NCBI RefSeq assembly: GCF_009914755.1
Contig: NC_060940.1
DNA length: 64,000 nt
Source: the human T2T-CHM13v2.0 reference genome, Homo sapiens
Direction: 5' to 3' (one strand)
In this document: piece by piece, positions 11,801-24,301 of the stretch
Numbering within the stretch: the stretch's first letter is position 1
Layout of the letters: the number at the start of each line of letters is the position of its first letter
Position numbers and translations under genes: made by a program
Notes under the pieces: generated by a model
Told to the model about the DNA's origin: nothing
The model's database searches: none
The model's input: only the letters and a program-made list of their open reading frames with translations

Positions 11801-14800
11801 TTCCTGATCATCTTCATTGTTTCTTTTTGGGAAATTGAGTGCATTCCTCTTCTATAATAAAGGTTAAGAATAGCCTGTGAGTTAGCAAAACTCCCAAAGG
11901 TTTATGAAGAAAGTTACATTTCAATACCTACAGGAAGTATTTGCATGTGTCTAAGGCTGGATTGTTGAAGGCCTTTGTGGGAGTCAGTTGTCAGGAATTT
12001 GTAGGAATGACTGTGTTAGGAATCATTGGAGGAGAGGGAGTCAGAGGGATGGATCAGTATTTTCTCTGCAAACCTGATGAAACACTCCAGAGCCCGCACC
12101 TACACGCGTGGGAACTGATAAGATGGGGGTTGTGTCCACTTCACTTGTATGGGATGTTGGTGCTTTGAAAAAATTCTATCATCAAAGAGTAGGTTCCTTA
12201 GTTCTGCAAATCTGGCACCTGGAGATGGCATTTTGAATCGGACGACCTTTTTAGTAAGGGTCACTTGCTGTTGGATCATCGAAGGGGGTGCTGAGTCTTC
12301 ATTTTTGTTCATCCAAATGGATATCATTTCAATTTAGCTCCATGAGTAAATCAATGGAAAAAAAAATCTCCTTTTAACATTTCTCGGGTGAACACACGAC
12401 AGCCCCCACATTTCATTTTAGGCCATGTTAGGGCATCACCTCATGGCCAGACATGGCCTGGCTGAGAAGGCGGCAGAGCAGGCAGAGAGGCATAGGAAGC
12501 CGGAGCCCCGTGGAAGACATAGATGAGGAAATGGGCCACGTGCAAATATTTGTGTCACATATTTGGGGAGCAGGTTTCATGTACCAACGGACACGGAGTC
12601 TGAAGTCACTCACTCTACGTAATTATCTGTATGGCTTTGGACGAGTTGCTTTTGATCTCTGATATCAGGTAGGCTTCTCTCTAAATAAATGGAAATACTA
12701 ACTGTCCCTGGCTCATAGAACTCTGTGAGGGTTAGGCAACAATGCTTACAAAGCTCTCCATGCAGAGACTGGCAAATCGTAACCTCTCAATAAATGCTAG
12801 TCATTGATGTCACTTGAATAGTACTCGTTGGCTACAACTCACTGAAAAAGCCGGGCAGTTTGCAGGGCTGAGGACTTTGGAGTAGACATCTCTGTTCTCG
12901 TCTGCTGCTTCCCATCATTTTGGTGGAAGTTGGTGTGTTGGTTGGTTAGCACTTATTCCAAATTGAATTGTATAATTTCATTATAGAAGTATCACGGTGG
13001 AAGAAGAGGGTGACTTACTGGTGTGGTCACCTAGCCAGGGAGGCCTATGAGCCTCATTCCTGTATAGGCTGCATTACTTTATGAACAAATGCAATTTGTG
13101 GCAAATGTGTCCCCTAAAAGATTGCTCTTGGATAGTGAGTAGGGAACAAGTGGCCTTTTGGAGCAGTTTGCTTTCATTTGTGTTTCCAATGAGAGATTGA
13201 AGCTGTAATTGTTTGTGAGGAATGGCTGTATCCCAAGCACCGAGGTATCTGGAGATGACCTCTGCACTGTTCTGGGAGAGTGGTTATAGCCTCTCCTGGG
13301 GGAGTGTTACTGGGAGACAGGGAAAGACAGGGCGTGTAGACGGCCATCTATTCCACCTGTGACATGAGGGCTCACCCCCTCATCTCCACCGCAGCAGCTC
13401 TCTGATAAATGTAGCTCTCTGATAAATGATTCTGTTCCTAGTGGTGTATTCACAGAGTCAGTGGATAAGGTGGCTGGCTTTGCATTTGAGAAGTATTTGC
13501 TTTGTCCAACAGACACCAGATGAGTAACAATGGAAGTAGGCAGGGTTTGAAGAGGTATGTGTCTTTCCTTTTAGCCAAACCTGCTCACTTCAGATCACCA
13601 CTTTGTCCTGGGACGTTAGTCATGGGAACACTGCCGTCTTCAAAAGGGCTGTTCTCCTTCCCTGCTCTTGGTGTTCCAAGCCTAATCTAACTTCCAGGGT
13701 TCATTCCTTTCATAACTCTACTTTTTGCATAAGTGGATTAATTCAGCATTTGCTGTGCAATGTCCCTGTAAGAAAGCAATCTTAGAACATCTACTCTCTC
13801 ACAATCATTGAATATATAGATATGCCATGATATTGTGTCTATTTTTTATATATCTCATAGTTAAGTCTACTTTAAGACAGGAATCTCCTCTTTCTTTTAA
13901 ATGAGCATGCATTTTAAAATAGAAAAACCTGAAAGCAAAACACGGTGTAACATGTGTCCCTGTGAGTATTATATTAGAGTACTAACCAATGCATTACAAA
14001 TATCAATATGTGGGTGCTTTTTTTTTTCTTTACCATATATTGTTTATCAGAAACCTCTGTACCCTTTCCTTTAAAGGAGTCAATATTCATTTGTATTCTG
14101 TGCTGACAACTATAAATTGATGGCTAGCAGTTATCAAATGAATGTTGATGAAAAGCAGCTACTTAACATTTTCATCCCAACACCGAGTTTTGGAAGGATG
14201 GATAATTTAGATCTGAGGGCCTCAACTATAAATAAACAGCAACTGCTTTCTAAATCCCACCTTTCTGTAGTTGAAGATTGTGCTGCAAATCTGACAGATG
14301 ATTTTTGAAAGAGAATGATGAATCCTTATTACCAAGATACTCTTAATCCCAAACAAGAGTCCTGGGTAATTTTACATATACTCTCAAGATTGATTGCACA
14401 GTTCTCCTCTGGCAGCTCACAAATGTTTGACTAGATCGGAAATGGCATTCGGGCATGATTAAAAAGATTCTACTGGGCTTCCCAGAAATTCTCAGTCCTG
14501 TGTCGTCAACAACCTAACTCATTGCCATTGCTGCGGGATAGACACCTCCCCCGTTTCCCATGATTAGCAACCATATACAACCTACAGGCTTCTGATAAAT
14601 GATTGATTCTCAAAAAAAAAAAAATCGTTTAGGGGAACCCATAGCTCCAGCCAGTGTTTGTATGTCAAGGTATTATTATTTATCACAATGGATCAGTAAG
14701 CATTGATGACAACTGGCAAGGTATTGCTTCAGATATTTTATAACGGAGTTGTTAACATTATTTCCTTTAGATGGCTCCTTCATCTTTTCTGCATTATGAA

Positions 14801-17266
14801 CTGATGCCCCAAAAGGTGGTATGAATGAAAGTCATGTGATGGTGATTAAAGTGCTCTTTAAATTTTTTTTTTTTTAATCAGTTTAAGAATGCTTTCTCTT
14901 TTATTGGCAGTACCTGCTTGTTTACTATTGAGATTTCACTAATGTGCCTCAGTCTTATTCTGATGATATGTAGGCCGAAAAGCTGGTGAGCCAAAAATGA
15001 GAACCTGTTACTAAACTGTCATCACATCTGATCATATTAAGATGTCACTCAGAGGTTGCCATTGGTACGGCTGAAAATTCTCCAAGAGACCAAAGGTGTG
15101 GTGTGTGTGGGACCAACAAGATATTGTTACTGCTTAATTGTCCAGCAAGGGAGGAAAGTAGAGTGAGTACCCATGAGCACCAAGCATGAATCTGAGAAGG
15201 AGAATTTGCCAAAGGTGGACGATTGATTTTTGGAGTAGAGAAGGTCGTCTTTGCTTTCGGGTGCCCCTCCTGTGTACTGTGTTCTACAAAGCCAGAGCCA
15301 CTTGTGATGGAATTTAGATGGTAAATCACCCCAAGCCTAGTGGCAAAGGAATCAAAGCCATCTCCTGATAAAAAGTTAGGCTTTTCAAAAAGGTATGGCT
15401 CTCAGCATTGTAGCCAAATGTAGGTTGGCATGAAATGAAGCCAGTTGTAATTGCCTTTAGATTCCGTGGAAGGAAAAGGTAGGTCCCCAGCTCCTGCAAC
15501 AATGGCATTCTGAATCAATGGGACTGCAGAATTTCTTAGCAAAAATACCATTCCAGTAATGCAAGAGTGCAACGTGGTATCATTACAGTAGGTCATAGTG
15601 GCAAAATATTTTATCAGGTTAGGAAGAATTCTGCTTTTTGCTTTCCCAAACGGACTGCTTTGGTCTTTCCTCACGCTTGGCAGAACAGTGAAAGGCCAGT
15701 CTGTCATGACGTTTGAATGCTGAATAGTATAACCATTGTGGCATAGAGGGCGGGAGGCTGGACTTGAAATGGGTGAGCTGGATTCTCCCACCACTCGGGA
15801 GTTAATGGCAAGTCACTTGGCCACTCTGGTCGTTTTGGCAGCTGCAAGGTAAAATGAAAATATATGACAGATATCTGGAAGTTGATACAAAACACCATCT
15901 CCACCAGAACTCTAAGATTCCAGGCCAAAATAATACTTGGCTTGAGTTAGCTGGATGAGCATCTCAATTCTCCAATTTGTCTTTAGAGGCACTTCTGCTT
16001 CCCTTTTCCCCACATGGGATGCAGAAGAGCCAGATAAACCCCTTGAAGTTGTTTAGATAAATGTGCCAGGTGCTAAGCTCAGGGTTATTAGGAATAATAA
16101 TTCAGTGAAAGGAAATTTGGATGACATGAACTCATTTCCATTATACTTGAGCCACACAAATCAATGGGAAAAGAAACAGCTGAATCCAGGATAATATCTG
16201 GCTATTTGGAGTGGGCATGATAATGGAGGGAGATTGGGGAGGTAACAAACCAGCTACTATTAAGTTCAAGTCATGTCAGTTATTCAAATTCAGGACCAGT
16301 GGAACTTGTCCAGTATCATCAAGCAGCCAGTTATTATCAAAACCCAAGTCTTTGTCTCACTCACGGTCCACACCCCGCCCAGAGTCGTATCACTTGACTG
16401 CATTTGACCATTCAGTTTTCAGACCAACTCCATTGTTACTAGATATCCTGACACTGAAGAAGCTAAAACCAAACAACAATGACAACAACAAACCCAAGTC
16501 TGCCTTATGGCACATTCTTCACGTCGTAACACCTTCCTTGGGACCCTATTTCTCAGTATGGACCTGACTCTCCCAGGGATCCTAGAATGCAAGCATAGTG
16601 ATTGCAAACCAGACCATTTGAGGGAAACTCCTCTAGTAAGCACCCTGCATGGTCACAATGTAAACCCTGCAGGGGCAGAAAAATGATAAGCTTTGGGTCG
16701 GGTCGGAAAGCCATTTCCCCCACAATCAAAGTTCCTTAGTGTTTTCCTTGTGGGGGCGAGCTTATCTTCAGTTACCTTTTCCGGTCCTCTCTTGCAACCC
16801 CTCTCCCTCTCATCAGCTGAAAATTAGTGGATGCAGCTAGGGCTCTGAAACACATAAATAATCATAAGATGCCAGATAAACTGTATTGGTTTTAAATTAG
16901 AGACGTGCCGACCATGTCTCCCTCTGAACAGCAGCCTATTATTTTTAATTATGGCTTGCAAAGCAAAGTGATTTCTTGCCCTCTTTATAGCATCCCTGAC
17001 AGTATTCTGTCAGTTTGGATGATATGATGCCTCATCACTGCACACGTCCCTAGCCACAGCCCCAACTGTTACTCAAAAGGTGAATGAAAGTGATCAGCTG
17101 CACTCTTTGCAACTTACATTTTGAAGTGGGCTGGGAGGAAATGTACCCCCTTACCTGTGGTCCCATTGTAAATCTGGGTCAAATATGACATTTAGAAAAA
17201 GGTTTTCATGGGATCTGGATGAATTAATGTGTTATGTGTTTGTGCTAAGTATGAATGTATGGTGAG

Positions 17267-17268
<2 letters not shown>

Positions 17269-17305
<37 letters not shown>
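17269..17305. repeat. (GT)18 microsatellite
   Basis: Uninterrupted GT run. Confidence 0.97.
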
Positions 17306-17306
<1 letters not shown>

Positions 17307-17789
17307 ATTAAATGTTTTAACACAACATTGCCAACCCTTCCCCTAGCAGCACCGTGGGCAAAGCATAAAGGGATGATCTGGCAGCAGCCCCACTTGGGTT
17401 TTCTACCTGATGGACCACAATTAAGAGTGGTTGGTTTGTCAGACAGAAGGTTCTACAAACGATTTGGTATCGAATTACATTATACATGGAGAAGTCGAGG
17501 GGTTGGATGAATTTGTTCTTGCACGTTCAGAAGGATACCATCTTTTTCTCTGTGTGGAAGAGGCGCCTGCCACGACGTATTGATATGTGTATTTATTTTC
17601 CAAGCCTGTCCCTGTATGAGGTGTCAAAAGTTACACCAGCTTTACAAGCGGAGTTTATGAACTCGTTTTTCCAGGATAGTCACATTATACTTTTTACAGT
17701 CATGTGCTTTCAGCCCAGTACCCTTTGCTATGCCAAGATCCAGCTGAAACTGAACCAGGTGGGGGAGGCCTGCTAATGCCCAGGCAGTC

Positions 17790-18044
<255 letters not shown>

Positions 18045-18915
18045 GTGGAGCTCAGAGCGGATGGGCACACACACCCGCCCTGTGTGTGTCCCCTCACGCA
18101 AGTGCCAGGGCTGGGCCCCTTCCAAATGTCCCTCCAACACAGATCCGCAAGAGTAAAGGAAATAAGAGCATTCACAACAGAGTGAAAAATCTTAAGTACC
18201 AATGGGAAGCAGGGAATTCCTGGGGTAAAGTATCACTTTTCTGGGGCTGGGCTAGGCATAGGTCTCTTTGCTTTCTGGTGGTGGCCTGTTTGAAAGTAAA
18301 AACCTGGTTGGCGTGTAGGTTCCGTATCTCCCTGGAGAAGCACCAGCAATTCTCTTTCTTTTACTGTTATAGAATAGCCTGAGGTCCCCTCGTCCCATCC
18401 AGCTACCACCACGGCCACCACTGCAGCCAGGGGCTGGCCTTCTCCTACTTAGGGAAGAAAAAGCAAGTGTTCACTGCTCCTTGCTGCATTGATCCAGGAG
18501 ATAATTGTTTCATTCATCCTGACCAAGACTGAGCCAGCTTAGCAACTGCTGGGGAGACAAATCTCAGAACCTTGTCCCAGCCAGTGAGGATGACAGTGAC
18601 ACCCAGAGGGAGTAGAATACGCAGAACTACCAGGTGGCAAAGTACTTGTCATAGACTCCTTTGCTAATGCTATACAAAAAATTCTTTAGAGATTATAACA
18701 AATTTTTCAAATCATTCCTTAGATACCTTGAAAGGCAGGAAGGGAAGCGTATATACTTAAGAATACACAGGATATTTTGGGGGGCAGAGAATAAAACGTT
18801 AGTTAATCCCTTTGTCTGTCAATCACAGTCTCAGTTCTCTTGCTTTCACATTGTACTTAAACCTCCTGCTGTGCCTCGCATCCTACGCTTAATAAAAGAA
18901 CATGCTTGAATATCA
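18045..18915 (+). other. WWOX: WWOX 3' UTR
   Basis: Runs from the stop codon to a probable cleavage site (CA at 18914-18915) about 18 nt after AATAAA. Confidence 0.85.
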
Positions 18916-18996
18916 TCACCTGAAGTTTGTATTGTTTCTCATCACCTGAAGTTTGTATTGTTTCTTTAAATGTTTGTTTCAGTTTGTTTTTGTTTT
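18891..18996 (+). terminator. WWOX: Main WWOX polyadenylation signal with GU/U-rich downstream element
   Basis: AATAAA 18891-18896 followed by GTTTGTATTGTTTC (twice) and TGTTTGTTT...TTTGTTTTTGTTTTT; further AATAAA at 18790, 19027, 19041. Confidence 0.85.
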
Positions 18997-19175
18997 TCAT
19001 TTTTTAGAAAAGAAATCTAGAGGAAAAATAAAGCGCTTCTAATAAAGCGCTTCTCGTAGATGCCAGGAAAACACGATTCTTGTTTCTTCTCTGAGTGAGT
19101 TTGTGTTTTGTTTTTGTGCTTTGTGGCTGTCCGTGGGCCAAGTTGTCTCACGCGATTAGCATGCCAGCATATTTT

Positions 19176-19204
19176 CTGTTAAAGAAAGAAAGAAAAAAGA
19201 AAAA
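19176..19204 (-). promoter_or_regulatory. Candidate minus-strand 3' splice acceptor
   Basis: Minus strand reads TTTTTCTTTTTTCTTTCTTTCTTTAACAG|AAAATATGC in non-repetitive context. Confidence 0.5.
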
Positions 19205-19689
19205 TGACTATTGTTTCATTTCACCTTAAGATGTTTTGTTATTACTTACTTACAGTGAGTTATTTTAGTCCTCAATGGTCTGCTCCCCTGCAATTAGCAA
19301 GTACTTAGTGATTGATTAGCGGGTATCTCTATGTTTGAGAATGGGAGCTGTGCAGAAGCTCTTATCTGCGCATCCCATCTCATGGACACCATGCTTTCCA
19401 GCCCGTTCCAGCAAGCACATGAGAAAGTCCACTCTGGCAAGACGGAAAAAATGCTTCTGCTGAAATACCAGGAAGGTGTGGAGGCTGGGTGTCATTGTTC
19501 CCCCTCCTGATCATGGCAGCTTCAGGCCAGACAATGTCTTGAACTTCTGTGCCTCTGCATCTGTGGTGCAGAGCAGTCGAACAAACAAACACCATTGCCC
19601 TCCAGTGGCCCATAGCCTTGCCACATCCTCCCATCTGGCTATAGTCTTCCTTACGTAATCCTTATTATCACAGGACCTTTGAAACTATG

Positions 19690-20146
19690 AATCAGATAAT
19701 GTCACTTTTCAGACATTATTGTCATTTGCAAAAGCAGCCGTCAGAACTCCACTCTCAGAATCTACACCTGGAGGGGATCACCCCTCCCATATGACCTCTG
19801 ACTTTGGCCATGTGACTGGCCTTGGCCAATTTGGAAAGTGCTGTGCACTGGGGCTTGCCTTTCCTTGTTGATATTTGGAACCCTGCAACTTCCATCATAG
19901 GGAACGGCTCCTGGGCTAGCCTGCTGGATGATGAGAGACACGTAGTCACTCCCAGAACCGGCATCCAGCAGTTACTTAGTTAGACATGTAAGTGAGGCCA
20001 TCCCAGACTATCCAGCCCCAGCTGTGCCAATTCAGAGGAGAAGAAACTGCACATTTCACTCACAGCACTGCAAAAAGATAGTAAAAGTTTATTTTAAGCC
20101 ACTAAGTTTCAGGATTACATGTTACTCAGCAAAAGCTAACTGATAC
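19690..20146 (+). mobile_element. MLT1-type MaLR solo LTR
   Basis: Ends TTTTAAGCCACTAAGTTTCAGG...GTTACTCAGCAAAAGCTAACTGATACA, a typical MLT1 3' end; 5' boundary approximate. Confidence 0.7.
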
Positions 20147-20683
20147 AGCTTCTCAGCTCACTAAGGTTAATTTTTTTCTACCCTACTTCTCTTATAATTT
20201 GGTCTCCAGCTACCTCTCTAATCTCAACTTCCAGCACTTTATCCACTAGAAGCCACTCTAGTCTTCCTCTGTTCCTCGAACATGCCAAGCACACTCCCAA
20301 CTCAAGGGGTGCATATTTGCTGTTTCCTCTGCTGAAATGCTTTCCTTCCAGAAACCAGCATGCCTTTCTTCCTCACTGATTTTTAGTCTCTGCTCACGTT
20401 ATCCCTGTCTTCATGGTGTCACCCCATTCTTATTCCCCTTCCCCTCTATTTTTTCTCCACAACACTTAATATTATTGTACACATTATGTGTCTATTTTTT
20501 CTGTCTACCCACTATAAGAAACTCCATGAAATTTGTCTGTTTTCTTCACAACTTGGCCACAGTACCTTGAACTGCTCCTGTCACACAGCAAACTTACTGA
20601 CTTAATAAATAACCACTGAAAGAATGATTCTGGGTGACTAGGCTTTATGTTCAGGAAAATAATTTCCATCATTGTGACAATGA

Positions 20684-21292
<609 letters not shown>

Positions 21293-21534
21293 TATTACAT
21301 CTGATTTCTAATATGACTACAGTCTTGCCAGTTCACCCCTTCTCCCCATTTTACTGATGAAAAAGCTGAGGCCAAGAAGTGTCAATCTGCTGTTGTCCAT
21401 ACAGCTCATAAATTGATAGAGCTGCAGTTCACACCCAGGAGTGTTTGATTTCAAGGTCATGCAGATTGCCTGCACCAGTGCCACTGCTCCTTCCATAAGT
21501 TGACTATATCCATTCTGGTAGGATGCACCATCTT

Positions 21535-21641
21535 TTTTCCTTTTAAATAGAGATGGGGTCTTGCTATGTTGACCAGGCTAGTCTGGAACTCCTGGCCTTA
21601 AGCAATCCTCCCATTACAGGCATGAACCACTGTGCCTGGCC
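21535..21641 (-). mobile_element. Alu monomer (FLAM-like) with internal deletion
   Basis: Monomer flanked by target-site duplication GGATGCACCATCTT (21521-21534, 21644-21657). Confidence 0.8.
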
Positions 21642-22396
21642 ATGGATGCACCATCTTAAAATCTTAGGCTGATCAGAGAGGTGACTTTATGGGTCTGACT
21701 CTAGTTATGCTTCAAGCATTTGGTGGAAATGAAAGTAAAGCCAGGAGAAAGAAGATATTGGCGTATCATCAGCCAAGGTGCTGTGCAAAATGTCAAAGAG
21801 AACCAAGAGAGGACATGCTGGCCTCCTGCCTCCTGGCCGTGTCTAGGGCCTCTATGCTGACTTCCTCCTCTGTGGATCCTGCAGGGTTCACATCTGCAGG
21901 CTGACAAGATGAGGCCTGGGGGAGCTTTCTAAGGGTAGCTGAGGATTCTCCCAAATCAAGATTTCCAAGTCATATAGACCAAGGCTTCATACATTCATTC
22001 ATTTAACAAACATACCAAGTGCTACATCCTGGAAATTCAAGGTTTAAAGTAAACCCCTCCACAGCCTCTGCTATAAAGGAATTTACATCTTGGGTCTGTA
22101 GGAGTCCTCACAAAGCACAACGTCCTACTCCACTTTATCAGAAGTTATCTAGGTTACTTGAAGATGAACTGAGGCCCCGTAACAGTAGCGATTGCCCCCT
22201 CATGCCCATTTCTCCCTGAACCCACTCAGTCAGACACTGTCAGTCCCCATGGGCCATTTTCTCTTGCCAGACACATCAATCTTATTTCCTTGGCTATTTC
22301 TGTGATAAATTCTTGACAGGTGAGCAAGTGCATGGCATAATTCCTATTATTCCTATTTTAGCTTATTCTATGGCCAACCCTATTTCTCCCCATTTG

Positions 22397-22665
22397 TCAT
22401 ATGTGCACATCTGTATATGTATATGTCATGCACATCTGTATATGTATGTCGTGCACGTGTATATGTATATATGTCGTGCACATCTGTATATGTATACGTG
22501 TCATGTGCACATCTATATGTGTATATGTACATGTATGCATGCACAAATATGTGTGCCATACATGTAAAACACAGGCATTATAGATGTATAACACATATAT
22601 GTGGCACATGTGCATATGCACATATATGTATTGCATATATATGTGTATATTCACATATATGTATA
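22397..22665. repeat. Degenerate purine-pyrimidine (TATG/CACA) minisatellite
   Basis: Repeated GCACATCTGTATATGTAT units grading into CATATATG runs. Confidence 0.9.
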
Positions 22666-23030
22666 CAGATGATCCCTAACTCATGATGGTTTGACTTACG
22701 ATTTTTGAACTTTACGATGATGTAAAAGTGATATTCAGTAGAAACTGTGCTTAGAGTACCCATATGACTATTGTTTCTTCCTTTCAGTATAGCATTCAAT
22801 AAATTACATGAGACATTCAACCCTCTAATAAATCAGGCTAAGTGTTAAATGGTTGTGTTAAATGCCTTTGTCCAACTCTAGGTAAACTTAAGTTTTCTGA
22901 ACACATTAAAGGTAGGCTGGGCTATGCTATGATGTTCAATACATTAGGTGTATTAAATGCATTTTTGACTTATATTTTCAACTTACTATGGGTTTAGACG
23001 GTAACCCCATTGTAAGTTGAGGAGCCTCTG
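22666..23030 (-). mobile_element. MER47A-like (TcMar-Tigger) element
   Basis: CAGATGATCCC...GTAAGTTGAGGAGCCTCTG inverted ends; internal GGTGTATTAAATGCATTTTTGACTTA; inserted at TA within the simple repeat. Confidence 0.8.
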
Positions 23031-23096
23031 TGTACATATATGTGTGTATTTGTAGTATATGATTTATGTAATAATGATCCTACTCTATCTGCTACT

Positions 23097-23391
23097 TTTT
23101 TTTTTTTTTTTGAGATGGAGTCTCGCTCTGTCACCCAGGCTGGAGTGCAGCGGCACGATCTTTGCTCACTGCCACAGCCACCTCCGGGGTTCAAGAGATT
23201 CTCCTGCCTCAGCCTCCTGAATAGCTGGAATTACAGGCACCCGCCACCATGCCTGGCTAATTTTTGTGTTTTTAGTAGAGATAGGGTTTTGCCATGTTGG
23301 CCAGGCTGGTCTCGAACTCCTGCCCTAAAGTGATCCAACTGCCTCAGCCTCCCAGAGTGCTGGGATTACAGGCATGAGCCATCGCACCCGG
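23097..23391 (-). mobile_element. Alu (AluS-like)
   Basis: Antisense Alu with TSD ATCTGCTACTT. Confidence 0.95.
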
Positions 23392-24267
23392 TGTCATCTG
23401 CTACTTCTAATTTCAGATGCTATTTACTGAGCATACTCTGTGCCAGTTGATGGGTTAGGCAAATCACTTTATGCTCATAGGATGAAAGTGAGTTTTAGAG
23501 AGAAAGTAACCTCTCCACAGTCTCATAGCTGGTAGACAGCAGAGTCAGGATGTGAAGCCAGCTCCATCTGCCTTGAAGCCCATGGGCCTTCCACTACACA
23601 CTACTTTTATGTGTGGCCTATAGACTAGAAGCATATATACATTACATTCATACAATGGGTGAATTATCTGCAAGGGAAGACCAGTTGATTTCCTATTTAA
23701 GAATGAGCTCTGGCTCTTCTCCTGATACCGAAATGTCCAGTATAAACCTTACAAATCATTTTTGTACATGCCATTTATCCAGCAATATTGGCTTCAGCCT
23801 TGCCTACATTTCTCAATAGGCCCTCTCTCCTGTTCTGACTGTAAGTTGGTCTGCACCTTCTCATGGACTCAACATCCCGAGTTCTTCGCGCTCATCTGAT
23901 GCTACAGAATCCACCCAAACAGGAAGAGTAGGCCAGTTTCTCTGCAGTCGTTTTCTTCCAAGTCCCTCTCTCTCCCTAAGTTTCTTTCAACTCCAAAGGT
24001 GGCCAGTTTCCACTTTCACACCTGATTAAGGGAGACCTTGCTGCAACTTATCAATAGGAAACAAGAAATTGAAGCATTCCCCAGCAATGACTGAAGGCTG
24101 TGGCTTGTGGTTTTGCTTTTTAAAATGGGGTTATGAGTGGTTTTGTTTTGAACTCCAGTGAAGGAGGCCTGATGACGTTCATCAAGGTCAACACTAGGCC
24201 AGAAAGACTTGGCTTGCAATATCACTGCCCATTCTGTTCACCAGCAGGCACCATTTTTAGAAGCTTA

Positions 24268-24301
<34 letters not shown>

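Noticed and set aside
18913-19054. Short direct repeats as a CRISPR-like array
   Set aside because: Two-copy adjacent duplications without spacers in mammalian DNA; no cas genes
22313-22686. Cys/His/Tyr-rich ORFs
   Set aside because: Translations of the RY simple repeat
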